NCBI GenBank assembly: GCA_009859145.1
Contig: VRVR01000014.1
Location: forward strand, 68,222 to 125,987
Length of the DNA stretch: 57,766 nt
Origin: Andalucia godoyi And28
Taxonomy: Eukaryota > Protista > Jakobida
Direction: 5' to 3'
Under the pieces are notes generated by a model that searched no databases, had not been told where the DNA came from, and worked only from the letters and a program-made list of their open reading frames with translations. The position numbers and the translations under genes are program-made. This document shows, in pieces, positions 19,720 to 29,356 of the stretch (positions are counted from its first letter, which is position 1; the number at the start of each line of letters is the position of its first letter).

Positions 19720-21435
19720 ATGGCGATGATGGGCAGCACGAGTCGACTGCTGCTGAGACGATCGTTGTCATCGTCGGCGGCGGTCCACGGTTCTGGAGTG
19801 TACTATCCTGTTTCTCCAACATCATACTATGTGTCTCTCCGCATCCCAAGCAGCGCGATTGTCTCTTCCGCCGCAGACTTTGCATCTCGGTCTATTCTGG
19901 TGCTTGACAAGTCTGGCTCCATGGAAGGCGAGCCGATTCGACTCGCGAATGTTGCAGTGCAAAACTATCTGGCGAGTATGAAGCAAGTTCCCAACCATTC
20001 TGTGGATGTACTTGCTTTTTCGCATCACATGGACATTTTCAAAAATGTGGTTTCCCACGAATGGGATCATTCTGTGCAAACTGGTTCAGGCAGCCATGCG
20101 CCTTCAATGCCAAAACCTCCGTTTTCCCGGTTTGTTCCTCGGTCGCTGAACCCCACTGCCTGGAGCGGTGCTACACCACGGATGGAAAACGGCGTGCTAC
20201 CAGCGGTTGTTGCTGAGGGGTCCACTGACTTTTGGCTTCCATTGAATGAGATTTCGCTGCAGTTGACGGCCGACGGAGCAGAACGATCCACTACCGTGGT
20301 GTTTTTGACAGACGGAAACAATACGGGCAGAGACGCTGTGCCGTATGTGGACAAGCTGAAGAAGGCAATCAAGCAGTTCCATGCAGGCGTTGCTGTGCAC
20401 TGCATTGGAATGGGGCCGGTTCACGATGCGCTGTTTCTGCAGTCTATCAAGGCGGTATCGACGGCATCGTCGTCCTTCAACTACGTCCAAGATGGCGCGC
20501 AGCTTGCTTCTGTGATTTCCAATATTTCGAGCTTTGTGCATGAAACGTATGCAAACGGAACCATGTTTGGTGTCGTTGCTGCGCGGTTTCCGACAGGAAT
20601 CAGACGCGAAGGACTGTTTTCGCATCAGCATGTGGAACTGAAGTTGCATCGAGACCGAGATGAATTTGTGGCGGATGCATTTGTAGATATTGGCCATCTT
20701 GGTGATGCGGGGGCTGCTGATGGACTCAATGCATTGCAGCATGCACTTGGCTCTGTGAACGTCCACATTCCTCGCAAGCATCTGTCGTTTGATGTTCCTC
20801 TGGAACTTATGCAAGCCAGCGAGGCTTCTGCTGAACTCTTCGCCGTCAAGGTGAAGCATTTGGAAGAGCAGTACCAAAAGCGCGTCATAGACCGAGTGCC
20901 TGAGGTAATGGAAAATCCAAGTCTACAAGGCCAAATCGCTGCACAAACAAATCAGCTGCATTCTCAGATCCAGACCATTCAGGCGCAGAACTCTGTACAG
21001 AAACCTCGGTCCTTCTTTTCATCCTGGTTCACATCTGCCAAGCCCACTCCATCGATCCCTTCCGACCCAGCCAAGGCACAGTCTTTCGAAAAGCTGACGC
21101 AGCTGAACACTGCAGTATCGTCCGCCAGCGCTGCGCTTCGCTCTCCACTGCCGTCGTGGTCGAATCAAGCTCTGGGAGTGCTGTTTACTGGAACGTCGGT
21201 TTTTGTTGGAGCTGCCGTTCTGTCGTCATTGTACAACATGATGGCCTCGCATCCGCTCTCGAGCATTCCATATCCGGCTGTCGACATGGACGGATCACCC
21301 ATGGATCCCCAACCGAGCGTCGAGTCTTCCACATCCGAAGCCGAAGCCGACACAGCCCATGAGCCTATTGAGCAAAATGGCTATGGCAATACGGAGGAGG
21401 GTTCCTATGAACACGCCGATTATGACGATGATTAG
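19720..21435 (+). CDS. von Willebrand factor A (MIDAS) domain protein with a mitochondrial-presequence-like N-terminus and a C-terminal hydrophobic segment
   Basis: ILVLDKSGSM (DxSxS), EGSTDF, VVFLTDG and VHCIGMG are vWA motifs. The N-terminus MAMMGSTSRLLLRRSLSSSAAV is Arg/Ser/Leu-rich. The exact ATG is uncertain (19696 or 19720). Confidence 0.8.
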   Translation: MAMMGSTSRLLLRRSLSSSAAVHGSGVYYPVSPTSYYVSLRIPSSAIVSSAADFASRSILVLDKSGSMEGEPIRLANVAVQNYLASMKQVPNHSVDVLAFSHHMDIFKNVVSHEWDHSVQTGSGSHAPSMPKPPFSRFVPRSLNPTAWSGATPRMENGVLPAVVAEGSTDFWLPLNEISLQLTADGAERSTTVVFLTDGNNTGRDAVPYVDKLKKAIKQFHAGVAVHCIGMGPVHDALFLQSIKAVSTASSSFNYVQDGAQLASVISNISSFVHETYANGTMFGVVAARFPTGIRREGLFSHQHVELKLHRDRDEFVADAFVDIGHLGDAGAADGLNALQHALGSVNVHIPRKHLSFDVPLELMQASEASAELFAVKVKHLEEQYQKRVIDRVPEVMENPSLQGQIAAQTNQLHSQIQTIQAQNSVQKPRSFFSSWFTSAKPTPSIPSDPAKAQSFEKLTQLNTAVSSASAALRSPLPSWSNQALGVLFTGTSVFVGAAVLSSLYNMMASHPLSSIPYPAVDMDGSPMDPQPSVESSTSEAEADTAHEPIEQNGYGNTEEGSYEHADYDDD

Positions 21436-22218
21436 CGTCCGCCAAAAAACAAAAACAACAACAACAACAACGCGAATTCGTCTTCTCAGTCTTTTCATGT
21501 TGTTGAATGTATTTCTTTTTCTCTTTCTTTTTTTTAAGTCAGTTATTGTACATATTGCTGCATGGCTATCTCCAGGGATTCGCTTTTTGCTTTCTTGCTT
21601 TCTCATACACTATGTCGTGTAGAACGCACATTCTCTATTTGCAAGATCGTCGCAATGGATTGGCGAGGACAGTTCGGACACCCGACGATGATGAACCCTG
21701 CCACCGATCCCATCTTTTGGTGCTGAGCTGTTCATCTGTCTCATGGAAATCTGGCTGTCGCGTCTGGGTCTTGTCGGAGAACATCGTGCTGCACCTTTCA
21801 ACTGCCAACGAAGAACAATAACAACAAAGACAGCTAGTAGAAGAAGCGAGTCATTTCCAGAGCGAGATCCACAGATTGATTTCTCATTATGGATGGATGT
21901 GCAGTGAATGGTGATTCTTGCTCACGATCGATGACTCCAGCCGACGAAGGTCGTTCACTGCTGCATTACAGATGAAGCCGCTTGTGCCAGTCTCGGCTGC
22001 CGCGGTTCGTCGTTCTCCCCTGTCGGAGCGCCTGTAAAAATTTAAAATAGTGTCGGAGGTTTTTTTTTTCCGTTTGGTTTGATCGATTGTCGACGTCACC
22101 ACGGTTTAGTGTTTTCGTGTTGGTCTAGACCATTATAGTTGGTGTTGTTGCTGGTGTTGGTGTTCTTGGAAGCAGACGGTGTGAGGGAAAAGGGAAATTT
22201 AAGAGTCCTAAATTATAA

Positions 22219-22922
22219 ATGCCGACTGAAGAAGAAAAGTCGTCGATCCAGTCTACTCTGACTCCGGAAGAGCTTGCGGAGTTCAAGGAGATTTTCGATC
22301 TGGTCGACAAGGATGGCGGCGGGTCGATTTCAAAGGACGAGTTGAAGGAACTGATGGAGACTCTTGGCTTGCGGCCTACCGAAGACGAGCTCGATGCAAT
22401 GATGGCCGAAGTAGATGAAAACGGATCGGGAGATATCGACTTTGATGAATTCGTCTATGTCATGTCCCGTATGTTTTTTATTTATTTATGTAATTAATTG
22501 AATTGTTCATTGTTGTTGTTGTATTAGATTAGTGACGCATTATGTTAATTTTTGATGATTTTCTTCTTTCTGTTTCTGGTCTGCATGCATGCGCGTGTGC
22601 GAGTGGTTTTCATGTTTTATTATATTTTTTAATATTGTTTATATATGTATTTTTCAATTTAAACTTTCTGTTCTTGGTCAATGCAGGAAAGGTTCAAGCG
22701 GACTATACTCCCGAACAGCTGCGAGCTGCGTTCCGAGTCTTTGAGACTCCTGACTGCGGAAATGGGTTTGTGTCCACGGATGTTCTGGAACGTGCATTGA
22801 CAACGTATGGCCCTGACAAGCTGTCTTTGGACGAGGCTGCAGAACTGCTGGCGACTGTGGACCATGAAAACACCGGACGAATCAACTACATGGAACTCAT
22901 CAACATGATGAGTTCTGGATAA
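22219..22922 (+). CDS. Calmodulin-like EF-hand protein; 2 exons
   Basis: Exons 22219-22468 and 22687-22922 give ...DFDEFVYVMSRKVQADYTPEQLRAAF... EF loops are DKDGGGSISKDE, DENGSGDIDFDE, a degenerate third loop and DHENTGRINYME. 161 aa. Confidence 0.9.
22469..22686 (+). other. Spliceosomal intron (218 nt) in the calmodulin-like gene
   Basis: GTATGT donor, AT-rich body and GCAG acceptor; in-frame joining of two ORF-track fragments. Confidence 0.9.
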
Positions 22923-23643
22923 ACGAGGCAGTAATCCTCCTTTTCCCCTTCTCTTTCTTCCCCTTCCCCTTCTTCTTCTTCTTCTTCTTCTTCTTCTTTT
23001 TCTTCTTCTCCTTCCTTTTGGCCTTTCTCATTAGATGTGCGATTGGATAGAATCACCTACATTGTACATTGCATATGCATGGTCATCGCTAATCATGCGT
23101 AATCAGCCTTGCAACCACGCCATTATACATGGGGCGGAAAGGGGGGTAGGCCCCAACACGCCTTGCCGGCGTTCTTAACGTAAATGTTGTTGCGCGCACC
23201 ATAAGACAAAAAAAGACAAAGGAGGTTGCAGCGTCCCAAAAATTAGCGTCTGAACAATTTGGATAAGAGAACAACTCCGGATTCTCATTTCGTTTGCTTG
23301 TTGTTGCTTGCGTGCGTTCATGCTTGTTGCTTGTTGCCGCCTGCGTGAGAAACGGTGATTTGCGATTTGTACCCTAAATATCCAAAGAGACAAAATTTGC
23401 TCTGTCGTAGTACTTCTGCTCAAGCAACATAGCCCTTTCGTTTTTAATTCACACACATGAAATCGCTGGTTTTTCCACTCCGTCAGTTCTTTTTTATTTT
23501 TATTTATTTATACAATAATCAGTAGAATTCCTCCGTCTCCTACAGTCTAATCAGCTCCAAATTCCCGCTCAACACAAGATTTGTGTTGCGAAGAGCGAGT
23601 AAGAAAGAAAGAGAAAGAGGGGTGGTGGGTCTGTATTGAAGGA

Positions 23644-24996
23644 ATGGTGGACGCAGCTGCAACGGGATATTTCTGGGTGTCGTTCGTCGCTGGACTTGTG
23701 GGGGTTGTGGCGCTTGGTCTGTCGATATTCAAGCATTTCCGCTATGCTATTCCTTACCAGCGCTTCGTATCAACCAAGACTGGAAAGGAGTTTGACGGGA
23801 ATCTGTCTGCGTTTTCCGTGAAACATCCTCTGCAGAGTGCAACGCTGTGGTTGGTGTTCTTCGGTCTCTTTGCTGTGGACGGATGTCCGCGGATTCTTGA
23901 TCTGGTGCACTTGAGCGCTTGGATTCTGTTCTCGCTGCTGGACCGCACACAGGACTGCATCCGCTCGTACGCATTGTACTTTCAACGAGTGTCCGTGTAC
24001 GGAAGTGATCCATCGTCGTCCGACAAGTCAAGTGCTGATTCCACGATATACGCTCTGATTGTTATCATTTATCTTGTGATGTTCCTGTTCTACGTATTTT
24101 CTGTTTGGTTTGTACGTGCCGGGTTCTTCTACCGCATCATTTCCTACCGACCGGAGGCAGCGGCGTTTTTTGACTTTACTGAATCGATGGGTCGAGTACG
24201 GTTCACCAATGTGCTGCTTACGTGGTCCATGCGCCTGTGGGTCGCGGCAAACGTAGTGTACGGGATTTATCGTTTTGCATGGACGGTCGCTCTGGGATAT
24301 CCGGTGTGGTGGGCGATCTTCCGCTTCCTGTTTGGGACACCGTTGTCCATCATTTGCTCGTCATCCATGTTCTTGCTGATGTTTTCTGTATCTGGATATT
24401 TGCTCATTGAGGTGTCGCTCACCAAGGCCAAGTTGGTGGAAGTGTATGCGGCGTTGCGCGACCAGGCTCGAGGATTTCCACCGCATCGCAAGCTGCTCGA
24501 CGCGTTTCAGCCAAGCCTGTTTTTCCATACGTATGCGTACTTGGTTGCGAAGATCCAAATGACTGGAAACAAGCTGTCAGGAATCTTGTTCTTAGCCTGC
24601 TTTGTGTTTGTTATCCAATTTACACTCATCCTCGTACGGTTCTTGTCGTTTGGCAGAAACTTACAGCAAATTGCAGAGGATCTTGTGTCGCACGCGAGCG
24701 ATTTTCTCGTCGCAGTCCCGTTGCTGCTCATTGTCTTGTCGTTCGCTCTTGTGAGCTCCAGAATGAACTCAGTACTTGTCACATCGCAAATGACACTTGG
24801 GTACTTTGTGATGAACGGATACAAGGCTGTCAAGCAAGCAGACGTGCTTGTCATGATCCAAAGTATCGGCAACTTGCCATATGCATTTCACATTGGTGGT
24901 ATCTTGCTTGACAACGGTTCTGTAGTCAAGGGCTTTTCTCTTTTCTTTTCTCTTGGAGCCGCCATTATTGCCTTCTACGACTACACCACGAAGTAA
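23644..24996 (+). CDS. Multi-pass membrane protein, candidate 7TM ion channel / gustatory-receptor-like (GRL, DUF3537-like)
   Basis: 450 aa with 7-8 hydrophobic segments. The C-terminal LPYAFHIGGILLDNGSVVKGFSLFF and the pre-TM HTYAYLVAKIQMTGNKLSGILFL resemble Gr/DUF3537 patterns. The CDS is confident; the family is inferred. Confidence 0.6.
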   Translation: MVDAAATGYFWVSFVAGLVGVVALGLSIFKHFRYAIPYQRFVSTKTGKEFDGNLSAFSVKHPLQSATLWLVFFGLFAVDGCPRILDLVHLSAWILFSLLDRTQDCIRSYALYFQRVSVYGSDPSSSDKSSADSTIYALIVIIYLVMFLFYVFSVWFVRAGFFYRIISYRPEAAAFFDFTESMGRVRFTNVLLTWSMRLWVAANVVYGIYRFAWTVALGYPVWWAIFRFLFGTPLSIICSSSMFLLMFSVSGYLLIEVSLTKAKLVEVYAALRDQARGFPPHRKLLDAFQPSLFFHTYAYLVAKIQMTGNKLSGILFLACFVFVIQFTLILVRFLSFGRNLQQIAEDLVSHASDFLVAVPLLLIVLSFALVSSRMNSVLVTSQMTLGYFVMNGYKAVKQADVLVMIQSIGNLPYAFHIGGILLDNGSVVKGFSLFFSLGAAIIAFYDYTTK

Positions 24997-25120
24997 GCCC
25001 TGGCTGCACTTCTTGCTCTCCCCGCTTTCTTTCTCGTCTGTCCGTTCTCTTCCCCTCCTTCCCCTCCCTTTTTTCCCTTTATCCTTCTTCCTTCCCATTC
25101 CTTTCTGAGGCTGACCGCGT

Positions 25121-26233
25121 CTATTCTGCTGGTGCATTCACTTCTCCGCCTTCTTCTCCTTCCTGCTGCTGCTGTTCTATCAGCGCTGCGAGCCGTTCTT
25201 CAAAAACACGCACAAGACCCTCGGCAATTGTGGTCAAGCTGCTCCATTCTTCCCAATGCTCGGACATGTCGATGCGAGACGACAGATATTCTGAGAATCG
25301 ATGGAACTTCTCTACGGCATTGGGACCCGGTTGCAGATCAATCGCTTGCATCATCAAATTCACAATGCCCACAGCATACATTCCAAGCGACATTTCCGAA
25401 AACTCCTTGAATCGGACACTACGAATCGCTGTGGAAATGAGCTTTGCCGTGCACGGTTGCTCCAACACAAACTCTACACGTGGACACAGCGGCTGCAGGA
25501 GAGAATAAATCAGCATTCTTTGACCATCGATGCATGAGCCCATATCCGTAATCAAGCACGATAGCCACGGAATGTGGTAACTCAACGCACTTGATTCGGA
25601 CAGGTACGCCTCCCCCAAGCTTTTAAGCTCCGAAAGCAGCCCGTCCCGGAAGCGCCCGCCGGCTGCAAAACACGCGCCAATCAGTCCTCCGAGAGCTCTT
25701 CTACTTGTCACAAACTCTCTGGAAAGATCTGCTGATTTTCGCAATTCGACAGCCAAGTCTGCACAATGCAGCGGGGTTTTGAAGAACCGCTTGTGTTCCT
25801 CCAGCAAAACAGCCGCGTGCTGTCGCAGTCCCGACGACACACACCACTTTTTCAAAACTTCAGGATCCTTTTGCAGAGCAAGACATGACTCCTCAAGCAC
25901 GCACGAGCCTCCCACAAGTCCGTTCCGAGACAGAGCTATCACGCAAGGATCGAGGATCAGTCTGCGAAAATCCGTGAATTCGAGAGGGAAACACACGCTG
26001 AAGTGCGGCCCTTCAGCAATACAGATGGATCGGAAAAGAGCCTTCATTCGAACATCCGAAGAAGTAATCGCTGCATGAACAACTCGCGTCAAAAAGTCCT
26101 GATCGAGGATGTACCCCGTTCGAAGTGCCCACGCCATGGACGAACAGATGACCGGATACGACTTTTGAAATGAAAAATCAAACGACAGCGCATCTCCTAT
26201 TTGATGAGGAAGAGTGCTATAAGGCACGGCCAT
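25121..26233 (-). CDS. Hypothetical helical protein, possible divergent MIF4G domain
   Basis: 370-aa ORF from MAVPYS with weak resemblance to MIF4G helices (see findings) and an acidic/Gln tail. Confidence 0.6.
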   Translation of the reverse strand: MAVPYSTLPHQIGDALSFDFSFQKSYPVICSSMAWALRTGYILDQDFLTRVVHAAITSSDVRMKALFRSICIAEGPHFSVCFPLEFTDFRRLILDPCVIALSRNGLVGGSCVLEESCLALQKDPEVLKKWCVSSGLRQHAAVLLEEHKRFFKTPLHCADLAVELRKSADLSREFVTSRRALGGLIGACFAAGGRFRDGLLSELKSLGEAYLSESSALSYHIPWLSCLITDMGSCIDGQRMLIYSLLQPLCPRVEFVLEQPCTAKLISTAIRSVRFKEFSEMSLGMYAVGIVNLMMQAIDLQPGPNAVEKFHRFSEYLSSRIDMSEHWEEWSSLTTIAEGLVRVFEERLAALIEQQQQEGEEGGEVNAPAE

Positions 26234-26448
26234 TGCGTACAATAAGAAAAAGTAGACGGAGAAATGGTCACTGAAATGCTCCTCTTTTTTCTTCTCTTTT
26301 ATATAAAAATTTAGAATGAACGTTTTTTCATTCAATAATAATAATAATAATAAGTAGTGGTTTTGGAAGAAATGCTGAAAGAGCGGGACAATGTTTGGTC
26401 AAAGCCATTTTCTGGCGGGAAGCTACGACAGGCAATCTGTGCTTCCGC

Positions 26449-26472
26449 GTGTGTGTGTGTGTGTGTGTGTGT
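26449..26472. repeat. (GT)12 microsatellite
   Basis: Directly visible. Confidence 0.9.
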
Positions 26473-26686
26473 CACATACGGTAATTCGTAGAGGCGGGGG
26501 AAGCGAGTACACAGTAGAACCCCCCTCCCCCCCCCCCAAGCGATTCAAACAACGACTGAGCAAGAAGAATCTTCGAAAGGCCGATCGCCGAAGCATCACT
26601 TGCGCGCTCTACAGATTCGGAAACAACAACAACAATCAACAACAACAACAGTCAAAAAACCAAGAGTAGAGAGGGGCCAGACCGGC

Positions 26687-27226
26687 CTACGCTTCTGAAA
26701 TGGACGCCACATCCGTGATTTCCTTTTGGAACGCTGCGATGCCGTCTTGAGCAGATCGGACAGCATCGGCCCTGTCTCTCCGATCCCGCAATTCGCAGAC
26801 CGTTTTTAACAGGCTTATACATTGCTCTCGAGCGTGTTCAATTGCTCTTCTCTGGGCATTCCTGATGGACCCTGCAACATGCATTGTTCGAAACACGCAC
26901 AACCTGTCCTTGACAGCCGTAGTCATTGCGATCGCCGCCACAAACCGCACATGATCTGCGCGCGCAACTCGCAGAATCAGCGTTCCTGTGCTGTAGGAAT
27001 AGTACTTTATGCTGAACGACCCACCAAAAATCGCAGACCCGTGAATCCCGAAACAATCAAGAATCGTCTTGCGGATCGCACTCAGCACATCGCGATCCGT
27101 TACGCTCCCACCTCCACTTGCAGAGCCAGTCCCCGTCGTTGTCGTCGTCGCCACAGCCTCCCGTCCCTTCGGATGATCCGAAAACTGCAGATCCACCAAA
27201 ATATACCGATTCTTGAACCGCACCAT
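26687..27226 (-). CDS. POP5: RNase P/MRP subunit Pop5
   Basis: MVRFKNRYILV N-terminus, IKYYSYSTGTLILRVAR and HVAGSIRNAQ are the Rpp14/Pop5 family signature. Confidence 0.93.
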   Translation of the reverse strand: MVRFKNRYILVDLQFSDHPKGREAVATTTTTGTGSASGGGSVTDRDVLSAIRKTILDCFGIHGSAIFGGSFSIKYYSYSTGTLILRVARADHVRFVAAIAMTTAVKDRLCVFRTMHVAGSIRNAQRRAIEHAREQCISLLKTVCELRDRRDRADAVRSAQDGIAAFQKEITDVASISEA

Positions 27227-27596
27227 CGTAAGTGAACTCTGACCAGCAAGAAGCGGGGCGCAGATTGAGTAACAGAAGAAGAAGATGATGATGATGATGA
27301 AGAAGAAGAAGAAGAGGAAGAAGAAACCCCTTGCAAATGCAGCTCAGTACGGCTTCCCACGTTTCCCGTATTCCAATAGCTTTGTACTACAGTACCCTGT
27401 TTTCCAATCTTTCAGCATCACATGGCGGCACTTGATGCATCGCTCAGCAAGGAGAATGTGTGCCTTTTCAGTGCCGCAGTGGAAGATCTCGAGTCGACAG
27501 GCCGCCGAGTACGAGAGACGGTGGGAACGTCGACCGACAGAGACAGTGGGAGAAGGAGAGCGGTGGACTAGAACAGAAGAAGAGAGAAGAGCAAAG

Positions 27597-28145
27597 ATGG
27601 GTGCGCTATTATCGATGTTGTTTTCGACAAGGATTGATATCATTGTGGTTGGGCTTGCGAATGCTGGGAAAACGACATTGCTGAATGCTCTTTCGGTGTC
27701 GCCGGAAGACGACCGGGGAACGAATGCGCATGCGGATACGATCCCTACGATTGGACTCAATGTGAAGAAGTTTAAGAAGGGCGGGATTACAGTGAAGGCT
27801 TGGGATTTATCTGGGCAATCGCGGTTCCGGTCGGAATGGAGAAGGTATACACCGGGAAACGACGCGCTTGTGTTTGTCATTGACTCTGCGGACCTGGACA
27901 AGATCGAGGAAGCTCGATTCGAACTTCACAATATGCTTGAAGACCGTGCATTGGCTGGAATGCCAATTGCTATTGTGCTCAACAAGACAGACATCGACCC
28001 GCACATCCGAAAAGAAGACGCCATCAAACAGCTTAATATGGACTACATCACGGACTTCCCTTGGGTCGTCATCGAAATGTCTGCTTTGCGAAAAATCGGA
28101 ATGGAGGAACTCGTGCAGTGGCTCAAGAAGCACTCCAAAAAGTAG
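27597..28145 (+). CDS. ARF-like small GTPase, Arl8-related (possibly Arl18)
   Basis: GLANAGKT, TIPTIGLN, WDLSGQSRFRSEWRRY, NKTD, MSAL and C-terminal WLKKHSKK (Arl8-like). Gly2 is present. 182 aa. Confidence 0.85.
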   Translation: MGALLSMLFSTRIDIIVVGLANAGKTTLLNALSVSPEDDRGTNAHADTIPTIGLNVKKFKKGGITVKAWDLSGQSRFRSEWRRYTPGNDALVFVIDSADLDKIEEARFELHNMLEDRALAGMPIAIVLNKTDIDPHIRKEDAIKQLNMDYITDFPWVVIEMSALRKIGMEELVQWLKKHSKK

Positions 28146-28330
28146 ACAGATGGGGCCCCGGCGTGATATCCAACGATGAGACAGCAAGAAGAAGAAAAAG
28201 AAGAATACAATGAGGGATTTTATAATTGTGTGAAACACCATCTCAAAATAAAAAAGACAAGACGAACCGTTACGCACTGTTCTCACAATGTGGATGAGGA
28301 CGACGAGGTGGCAGGTAATGCTCATGGTTC

Positions 28331-29356
28331 CTATTGATCGACTTGCCAGTCATCGCCGAACTTCTTAATGTTCTGCATGTCGTCCACAAACTCTCCTATC
28401 AACTGCAGCTTTTCCATCAGAGACTGTGCAGGCGGTCGGTGCGTGCCGCGGCTCAAGCTTGACTTCATGCATCGCAGATACATCTCCTCCACTGCAGTCT
28501 GCACTTCCGTGGACACCAGCCTTCGGTTGACGTATCTCTTGGACTCTTCGTCCCATTCCCGCTGCGCCCACAGCGATTCGTCCGTCAGTTCTTCGTGCAT
28601 TTGCTGCTTATGAGACCGTTGCTGCCCCAGCCGAGCAGACACCGAGGCGGCTTCGTACTTTTTCCTATTATATTCTCTCTGCATTGCCTCCAGCTCTGCC
28701 TCGAGAGCATCCCTTCGCTGCACAAGCGCCTTTTCCGTTGCGCGCAAGGCATGGTACCGTTCGATCACGTCATTGATATCATTGAATCCCTCAACCTTCT
28801 CAATGAAGCTGAGAAGAAACTTTGCATACGCTGAAAGCCGGGAAACCTCTTCAGCATGGGACTTTCGTGCTTTTTCAATGTTCTCGAGCTCCTTGTGAAG
28901 AGCAACGATCTCCCGCTGCTTTTCAACCACGAGCCTCGCTTCATCGAGCGCCTTCTTTTCTGCCCGAGCTCTCTTCGCATCGTTATCTAAAAGAAACCGA
29001 TTGAACTTTGACAATTGTCGCTGCAAATCATCTTCCATCTGCTTCAACTGAGCCTCCTTGATCGTAAACTCTCGTTCCTGATGCTCAAACGACTCCTGGG
29101 CTCGATCGTACTCGTCCCCTGCCCGAATCAGCGCCTTTCTCAGTTGCAGCAGCTTTGTGGATTCCGTCGACACATCCTCCGTCTCGTATTTCAAAAGGCG
29201 CTCTTGCACTTTTGCGGCATCTCTTTTTTCCTTTTCAGCCTTTTCATCCACAACGACAGTCGACCGCCGTGGGATCCGCGTGCCATTCAGGTCCATTACA
29301 GGCTCGGGGGACAAACTTCCTGCATTCTTCCCAGGTACTCGAAATGATGTCTGCAT
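28331..29356 (-). CDS. CCDC42/CFAP73-like (DUF4200) ciliary coiled-coil protein
   Basis: EAQLKQMEDDLQRQLSKFNRFLLDNDAKRARAEKKA and YAKFLLSFIE...INDVIERYHAL are the DUF4200 pattern. Confidence 0.85.
   Translation of the reverse strand: MQTSFRVPGKNAGSLSPEPVMDLNGTRIPRRSTVVVDEKAEKEKRDAAKVQERLLKYETEDVSTESTKLLQLRKALIRAGDEYDRAQESFEHQEREFTIKEAQLKQMEDDLQRQLSKFNRFLLDNDAKRARAEKKALDEARLVVEKQREIVALHKELENIEKARKSHAEEVSRLSAYAKFLLSFIEKVEGFNDINDVIERYHALRATEKALVQRRDALEAELEAMQREYNRKKYEAASVSARLGQQRSHKQQMHEELTDESLWAQREWDEESKRYVNRRLVSTEVQTAVEEMYLRCMKSSLSRGTHRPPAQSLMEKLQLIGEFVDDMQNIKKFGDDWQVDQ

Noticed and set aside
21440-22215. Short ORFs and a TTTTACAG acceptor-like site between the vWA and calmodulin-like genes
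   Set aside because: No frame gave a recognisable or long product, and no matching donor was found.
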